Shown in pieces: positions 58,953-64,000 of a stretch of 64,000 nt of DNA (the first letter of the stretch is position 1; each line of letters begins with the position of its first letter). The position numbers and the translations under genes were made by a program. The notes beneath the pieces are model-generated. The model searched no databases, was not told the DNA's origin, and saw nothing but the letters and a program-made list of their open reading frames with translations. This DNA is from a virus (lineage: Duplodnaviria; Caudoviricetes), in IMG/VR virus record IMGVR_UViG_2974720863_000001, positions 6,495 through 70,494 of that record. One strand, given 5' to 3'.

Positions 58953-59152
58953 TGAAGTATCTCCACATGTCTTTTTAGGAATAGGTCAAAGGTACGTAAT
59001 CGGCTTGAACCAAATACCTTGGTGAATACTATTAAAGGCACTCCCTCATTAGGCCGCCCAATAAGGTAGAGGGATTTCTTAGGAATGTTATGTCCTGCCA
59101 CACGATAAGAAAGCTTCTTAGCCCTCTTACTTAAAGTATTTAGTCTACTCAT
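58940..59152 (-). CDS. MSR-array small protein
   Basis: MSRLNTL...LYLIG.P. Confidence 0.65.
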   Translation of the reverse strand: MSRLNTLSKRAKKLSYRVAGHNIPKKSLYLIGRPNEGVPLIVFTKVFGSSRLRTFDLFLKRHVEILQCLD

Positions 59153-59233
59153 TGGTTCAATTTCCTTTGGTTTTAGGTATGGGTCTTATATGGTAGGGAT
59201 TTAGGTGATTTTTAACTTTTAGTATATGAGTAG

Positions 59234-59437
59234 TTAACTTTCCAAGTTAACTTTAGTTGGTTCAAGTTTAGCAGCAGAATAAGGGCAATAATCACAAGAG
59301 GTGTGTATACATACGTATGCAATTATATCAGACATAGCAGTTAACTTTATTGCGTTTAAATCTCCCATCATAGGAACACCACAAGTATCCTCTACCTGAG
59401 CATTTGTTAACTGGTTCAGCTTATCTATTCTACTCAT
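59234..59437 (-). CDS. MSR-array small protein with a CxxC motif
   Basis: MSRIDKL...CIHTSCDYCPY. Confidence 0.6.
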   Translation of the reverse strand: MSRIDKLNQLTNAQVEDTCGVPMMGDLNAIKLTAMSDIIAYVCIHTSCDYCPYSAAKLEPTKVNLES

Positions 59438-59630
59438 CAGAATCCTCACTTAACTTATTGTCGTATTCAGTAGAGCTAAGCAGAAGGCAAGTTGCACATT
59501 GTCGGGATAAGCGGCATATGATATCTACAGTATCTTTAATAACGTTAGGTAGGTTCTTGGGATAATCCACCCCATACCCATCACACCCTTTCTTTCCCCT
59601 AAAGGATTTCAATGTACCGTATCTACTCAT
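59430..59630 (-). CDS. MSR-array small protein with a CxxC motif
   Basis: MSRYGTL...CRLSRQCATCLL. Confidence 0.6.
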   Translation of the reverse strand: MSRYGTLKSFRGKKGCDGYGVDYPKNLPNVIKDTVDIICRLSRQCATCLLLSSTEYDNKLSEDSDE

Positions 59631-59823
59631 GCTCAAGTCCCTCAAGGATGTTCTTAATGTTAGGGGTATTGTGTTGGTTACCTAAGCAACAGTCAGTACA
59701 GTACCTATGCTTTGCTCCTGACACTGCACTACATATATTATGTACCCCTGTGGCCTTACCCACTCGCTCACAGTGATAAGACTTCCTCTGGGTAGCTCTA
59801 TCTATCTTACTTAATCTACTCAT
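59623..59823 (-). CDS. MSR-array small protein with a CxxC motif
   Basis: MSRLSKI...YCTDCCLG. Confidence 0.65.
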   Translation of the reverse strand: MSRLSKIDRATQRKSYHCERVGKATGVHNICSAVSGAKHRYCTDCCLGNQHNTPNIKNILEGLEHE

Positions 59824-59833
59824 TGGTTACTCC

Positions 59834-59867
59834 AAAGAAAAAAGAAAGAGACTCCCGAAGGAGCCTC
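59834..59867 (-). terminator. Terminator after the RNAP subunit 2 gene
   Basis: - strand GAGGCTCC-TTCG-GGAGTCTC followed by a T-rich tract. Confidence 0.65.
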
Positions 59868-59873
59868 ACAGGG

Positions 59874-61100
59874 TTAACAGATTTGGTAGTTAGATTGTTG
59901 AATCAACTCAATGATGGCAGGGTCTGTAGGAACATCCCATTCATACTCATCGCCTGTCAACTTCTTAATCACATTCAGGAGCCAAGGGCTCTGATACATT
60001 TCAGCCATAATCTGGTTGTAGTGCATACGCATGTCTTCCACATTCACTGGCGGACACTTGAACTCATCATGTACCGATAACGTCTCAAATGAAGGTAGGG
60101 TCAGTAACCATTCCAGCTTAGCTTTTAACTGGTTCAGGTATTCATCCTTAGCCCCATCTAACGTATCCCAACGTACATTCTCAAGGTTAGCTACAGAGAT
60201 GAAGTTGTTCTCTAGAGCACACTCTTGCAAGCGTAGGAACTCATCATCGTAGTAGTCTGAACCATGTTCCTGATGGTACTCAATCGCTTCCAGAGCACGT
60301 CTCACTTGACCTTCGTCATAGTTGCAACGGTTATCCAGTTCACGTACTACAGTACCATCCCCGCAGTGAGTAACGTTCGCTACCAATGACTTAGTACCTT
60401 CGTCTTTCATTGGAATCAGTGGACGATTCACCTTGTTCATATACGTATACGTATAACCTGATAGAGTCCCCTTAGTCTTCTGGATGCCTTGGCACTCTAA
60501 GTGAGCAACCAGTCCATCCATGGCAGTGAACTCGTGGAATAGTGCCTTTGAGTCCCATGCATTGATGAGTACCTTACGTACCCAATATGCTTCAGGGAAG
60601 GTCTTCTCATACGCTCTCTCGAACTCATCAGATAGTTCTTCACCAAAGACTTGTGTAGGCTTGCTGTCACTACCATAGACATAAGGTACTGTAGCGTTCT
60701 TCACTTCCTTACGCTCTACATCAGAGTCCATGTATTCTTTGATTACAGTGTATCCATCAGGCCTTACACCGGTATCAATAACACCAGTGTTACGCATACC
60801 TGTCTCACAGTGCAACAACACAGACAGCAATGCAGGACCTGAGTTACAAGCATCTAGGCCAATCATATGCCCAGTTGCTACGCCATCTAGGATGTCACGT
60901 ACAGCACAGATAGCCTTAGTGAACAGGGCAGGTGCTTCAGCCTTAGCAATCCATTGGCTCATGTCGTTCTCTTGCTTAATCTCTTCTAGCATTTCACGTC
61001 CAAATGCTAGACGTACAGGGTAAGTTTCTTTGTCTAATCCATACTGTGAAGCCATATCGATTAGGCACCATTGCGCTGGAGAAAAATGTAACATTGTCAT
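59874..61100 (-). CDS. RNA polymerase II subunit 2 (N4 gp16-like, T7-family C-terminal half)
   Basis: IGLDACNSG (motif A), RKEVK.ATVPYVYGS (B), SVHDEF (C). Confidence 0.9.
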   Translation of the reverse strand: MTMLHFSPAQWCLIDMASQYGLDKETYPVRLAFGREMLEEIKQENDMSQWIAKAEAPALFTKAICAVRDILDGVATGHMIGLDACNSGPALLSVLLHCETGMRNTGVIDTGVRPDGYTVIKEYMDSDVERKEVKNATVPYVYGSDSKPTQVFGEELSDEFERAYEKTFPEAYWVRKVLINAWDSKALFHEFTAMDGLVAHLECQGIQKTKGTLSGYTYTYMNKVNRPLIPMKDEGTKSLVANVTHCGDGTVVRELDNRCNYDEGQVRRALEAIEYHQEHGSDYYDDEFLRLQECALENNFISVANLENVRWDTLDGAKDEYLNQLKAKLEWLLTLPSFETLSVHDEFKCPPVNVEDMRMHYNQIMAEMYQSPWLLNVIKKLTGDEYEWDVPTDPAIIELIQQSNYQIC

Positions 61101-61120
61101 AGTGGTTTCCTTTGGTTTGG

Positions 61121-61294
61121 TTAGTATTTTACTGGTCTGCCTCGCACGAGGGACTGATACACAAGCTGTCTTAAGCGCTTGGTACAGCTTCTAGGCCATT
61201 GCCCTCCGTAAGGGAAGGCTTCTTCATCTTCTTGCTTAGGGCATAATTCGTAGTGGTCTTTGGTGTTATTTAGGTAGGTGGTAAGACGGCTCAT
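61121..61294 (-). CDS. 57-aa MSRL protein between the two RNAP genes (not in ORF track)
   Basis: ATGAGCCGTCTT start 9 nt after the RNAP1 stop; MSRLTTYL...PVKY. Confidence 0.55.
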   Translation of the reverse strand: MSRLTTYLNNTKDHYELCPKQEDEEAFPYGGQWPRSCTKRLRQLVYQSLVRGRPVKY

Positions 61295-61303
61295 GAGTAC
61301 CCC

Positions 61304-62266
61304 TTAGAACTCTGGTTCAATTACAATAACTTTAGCGAAGTCCACCATAGCCTTCTGGTAGTCCCTTCCTTGATAATTCAAGTGGTATGCCTCCACATAG
61401 GTACGGCCGCGGTTGTCTCTACGGTGAGCAAAGTAGAACGGAACATCACCAATAGCATGAAGCTTCTCAGCCATATCTGCATGTAGTGCAAGCCATTCAT
61501 TCTTACGTTCTTGTACCTCGTTCTTGGTTTCTGTCTTAGCAGTCTTCTTGTTGTACTTAGGCGTTGCATCGAAGGCACCTAGCTTACCAGCCAGTACCTG
61601 TCCTGCTATCTCCTTATCCAGCTTGAAAGCAACACGGTTTCTCTTATTCAAGTGAGGTAGGCAGATGTCCTTGTCATGGTGCTTACCCCCCATCAATACT
61701 GACTTCTTGAAGGTACGATACCCAATGCTTGAGTTATTTCTCAGGCGCTTCAGTGGCACTACAGACGGCAAGCTTACTGACTGTACATTCAGTGCCTCAA
61801 GCTCTTCTGGTTCAAGCTCTATCAAGCTATGTAGGTAACTGAACTCTTCACCTTTGTGTATCTCCACTTCAATTAGAGGACAGTACTCTATCACTAGGTT
61901 AACTGCCTTGAGTTGTCGTGAGGTCGTAGAGATGCCTGAGAAGCTCCCTATGACACTTCCTACACCTTGTTGTAGGGTAACTTGGTTTCTGCCTACAACC
62001 GTGGTTAGAAGCTTATACATGAGCTCTGAGACATTACATTGACGTAGATGTGAGTACACTTCTTTCAGATCTTCACGAACTTTGACTTCCCCTAACTTGG
62101 TTTGGTACTCAAAGTCATCGAACATATGTGCATGAAGCTCTAGGTTGGTGGCTGCTTCTTGGATGAGGTTATCGAAGTCTCTTAGGAAGACTTTCATTAG
62201 CTCAACTTGGTTGCGTTTACTGTGTTTAAGCTCTAAAGCTATCTGACGTTTAATCAATTCTTTCAT
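61304..62266 (-). CDS. RNA polymerase II subunit 1 (N4 gp15-like)
   Basis: HRRDNRGRTY...YHLNYQG.DYQKA C-terminal motif. Confidence 0.88.
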   Translation of the reverse strand: MKELIKRQIALELKHSKRNQVELMKVFLRDFDNLIQEAATNLELHAHMFDDFEYQTKLGEVKVREDLKEVYSHLRQCNVSELMYKLLTTVVGRNQVTLQQGVGSVIGSFSGISTTSRQLKAVNLVIEYCPLIEVEIHKGEEFSYLHSLIELEPEELEALNVQSVSLPSVVPLKRLRNNSSIGYRTFKKSVLMGGKHHDKDICLPHLNKRNRVAFKLDKEIAGQVLAGKLGAFDATPKYNKKTAKTETKNEVQERKNEWLALHADMAEKLHAIGDVPFYFAHRRDNRGRTYVEAYHLNYQGRDYQKAMVDFAKVIVIEPEF

Positions 62267-62399
62267 TACTATCTTCCTTTTATTGGTTCACAAAAGAGCC
62301 ACCGATGGTGGCTTTATGCGATAAGAGAGCCTGCCAGTTTCCATACAGTCACTAGGAACAGGCTTAATAGTGCCAAGGCGCAAGGCCATAGGATGTATT

Positions 62400-62588
62400 T
62401 CATCGGTGTGCCCACTCACATAGGTTGTAGAGTGCGAAGGCTGTCACACCCCATAGGCTTGCACCCAATAGGTGTAGTAGTTTGCTTTCAGATTCAAATG
62501 CCATTAGTGCGTGTAGTAGCTCAATCATGTTATTTCTCCTTAGAGGTAAGTGCACAGTAGATGATGACACCAACGTAGATAACTCCAC
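62400..62588 (-). CDS. Small membrane protein (probable start MIELLH)
   Basis: Hydrophobic C-terminal helix. Confidence 0.4.
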   Translation of the reverse strand: MELSTLVSSSTVHLPLRRNNMIELLHALMAFESESKLLHLLGASLWGVTAFALYNLCEWAHR

Positions 62589-62636
62589 CGATGGTTGCGA
62601 ATGCTCCGATTGTTCCTGCGATGACTGCTGCCATGA

Positions 62637-62819
62637 TTATTTCTCTCCTTCAGGGAATAGGATTGGGACCAATACATCCCAATAGGTTTCTCTACTCACA
62701 GAGATAGTGTCTCCTCCAATATGTACATTGAAGTGCCTATCTTTATCGAGTATCCAATCAATACGAGCAGTGTTGATATCAACGCTTGCACCAGTACTTG
62801 TTGCTATAGAAATGAACAT
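62637..62819 (-). CDS. Hypothetical early protein
   Basis: 60 aa, 2 nt after the upstream stop. Confidence 0.5.
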   Translation of the reverse strand: MFISIATSTGASVDINTARIDWILDKDRHFNVHIGGDTISVSRETYWDVLVPILFPEGEK

Positions 62820-62821
62820 GA

Positions 62822-63016
62822 TTAATCCTTCAGTTGGTCTAGTTGTTGGGTTAGGAAGTCGATAAGTTCTTGTACTTCACTTTGGTTCAATTCTGCTTGG
62901 AGATAGTCATCACAATTCTCTATTACTTGTAGCTTTCCATCTTGTGCCCACATAGTGACAACTTCTCTATCTGCATCCGTAGTGATAGTGATTGCATTAG
63001 CTTCTTCAGTTAACAT
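62822..63016 (-). CDS. Small acidic early protein
   Basis: 64 aa, 15 D/E vs 3 K/R; AAGGA RBS. Confidence 0.55.
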   Translation of the reverse strand: MLTEEANAITITTDADREVVTMWAQDGKLQVIENCDDYLQAELNQSEVQELIDFLTQQLDQLKD

Positions 63017-63077
63017 AGTTTATTCCTTCTGGTTCAATTTTGAGGTAATCAAGAGGCACTTACAGTGCCCCTAAATC

Positions 63078-63242
63078 TTATTCTTCGTCAGTGAAATCCC
63101 ATTCACCTAAACGTGTATCCAAGTGATTGTGGAATGCTTCTTCTGAATCGAAGTCGTATTCACGGTCAGCTCCTGATTCACTTGCTAGGATGCTGAGCTC
63201 TTCATACATTGCGTCATAAATACTTTCAGTGAGGATGTGCAT
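63078..63242 (-). CDS. 54-aa highly acidic early protein (not in ORF track)
   Basis: MHILTESIYDAMYEEL...GEWDFTDEE; AGGA RBS. Confidence 0.55.
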   Translation of the reverse strand: MHILTESIYDAMYEELSILASESGADREYDFDSEEAFHNHLDTRLGEWDFTDEE

Positions 63243-63319
63243 AGTGGTTTCCTATCTATCTAGTTAATTGAATTAAGATGAATATTTAAGGACACTCCAT
63301 AACTGGAATGCCCTTGATA

Positions 63320-63640
63320 TTAACCTTTAAGTGCTTTAATTAGGTCATCCATAGTTGCTTTTGGTTTAGGACGATTCATAGAAACTTCAATTTCTACGAT
63401 GTCTTTATTACCAACGAACAATGACTCGAACAATTCTTTAAGCTCTTCAGGATCGTTTAAAGCAAGCTCGTTAATTTCAGCGAACAATTCTACTTCAGAG
63501 GTTGATTCTGCCCAAATTGGACGACTGAATATATTAACACCAAGCATCGTAACGTTTACATAACCAACAGGCTTACCGTTAGTTGAATCAGTAGTGTTTG
63601 CTTTTGCGTTTGCTTTTGCGATATTTTTTAAAACAGCCAT
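63320..63640 (-). CDS. Hypothetical early protein upstream of the RNAP genes
   Basis: 106 aa with AAGGA RBS. Confidence 0.6.
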   Translation of the reverse strand: MAVLKNIAKANAKANTTDSTNGKPVGYVNVTMLGVNIFSRPIWAESTSEVELFAEINELALNDPEELKELFESLFVGNKDIVEIEVSMNRPKPKATMDDLIKALKG

Positions 63641-64000
63641 AGGATTTTCCTTTTAAGTTAATGGAGACAATTCTCCAAATAAAAGGCGCTCTTAGGCTGA
63701 CTGTAAGGAAGCCCTGTGCTCGACTGTAAGGAGAGAAGGAAGGAGATAGATAGGCTATGGGTAGGATATGAGGTTGTCTATCTCCTTGTGCGTGTTGTGA
63801 GTGAGTTTAATAATCTTTAAAGATAAACTAAAGATAAATAAAATAAGTAAGGAACTCCGAAGAGTTCCCTATAGGTTAGATGTCATCAAGAAGTTTGCTT
63901 AGGTCACTGAGAGCCTTGATGTCTTTAGCGTCAAGCTTGGTAGATTTCATTTCATCAGCTACTGCTTTAGCTGATTTGACTACAGCTACTTGAGACTGAA

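Noticed and set aside
1-64000. A phage methyltransferase or base-modification cluster that would explain the heptamer
   Set aside because: No ORF with recognisable methyltransferase or glycosyltransferase motifs is in the window; one could still lie in the unseen genome ends.

Overview
This window is most of a lytic N4-like podophage genome (Schitoviridae-type). The host is probably a marine gammaproteobacterium such as Vibrio; this is inferred from the tail-fibre and accessory gene types, not shown by the sequence. The + strand (1-36.3 kb) carries the late region: the end of an intein-containing large terminase, head-tail adaptor, several tail or receptor-binding proteins, PhoH, lysis genes, portal, major capsid protein, ejection proteins and a 3646-aa virion RNA polymerase. 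The - strand (36.4-64 kb) carries early and middle genes: RuvC, SSB, AAA ATPase, primase, exonuclease, MazG-like protein, DNA polymerase A, helicase, the two-subunit RNAP II and many small accessory ORFs. Three things stand out. (1) The heptamer TGGTTCA/TGAACCA occurs about 130 times by eye against about 8 expected, on both strands, in several codon phases and between genes. (2) Ten small genes, most of them overlapping their neighbours, share the N-terminal peptide MSR(L/I/Y), encoded with different synonymous codons. (3) A gene-free stretch of about 600 nt holds a non-canonical tRNA-like element and repeated hairpin+UAAAA units. A tail-fibre gene apparently split by a free-standing HNH gene, a 38-aa lipoprotein and an antisense cassette with a palindrome and HTH gene also deserve a second look. 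All counts were made by eye and product calls rest on remembered family motifs and synteny; no search was run.
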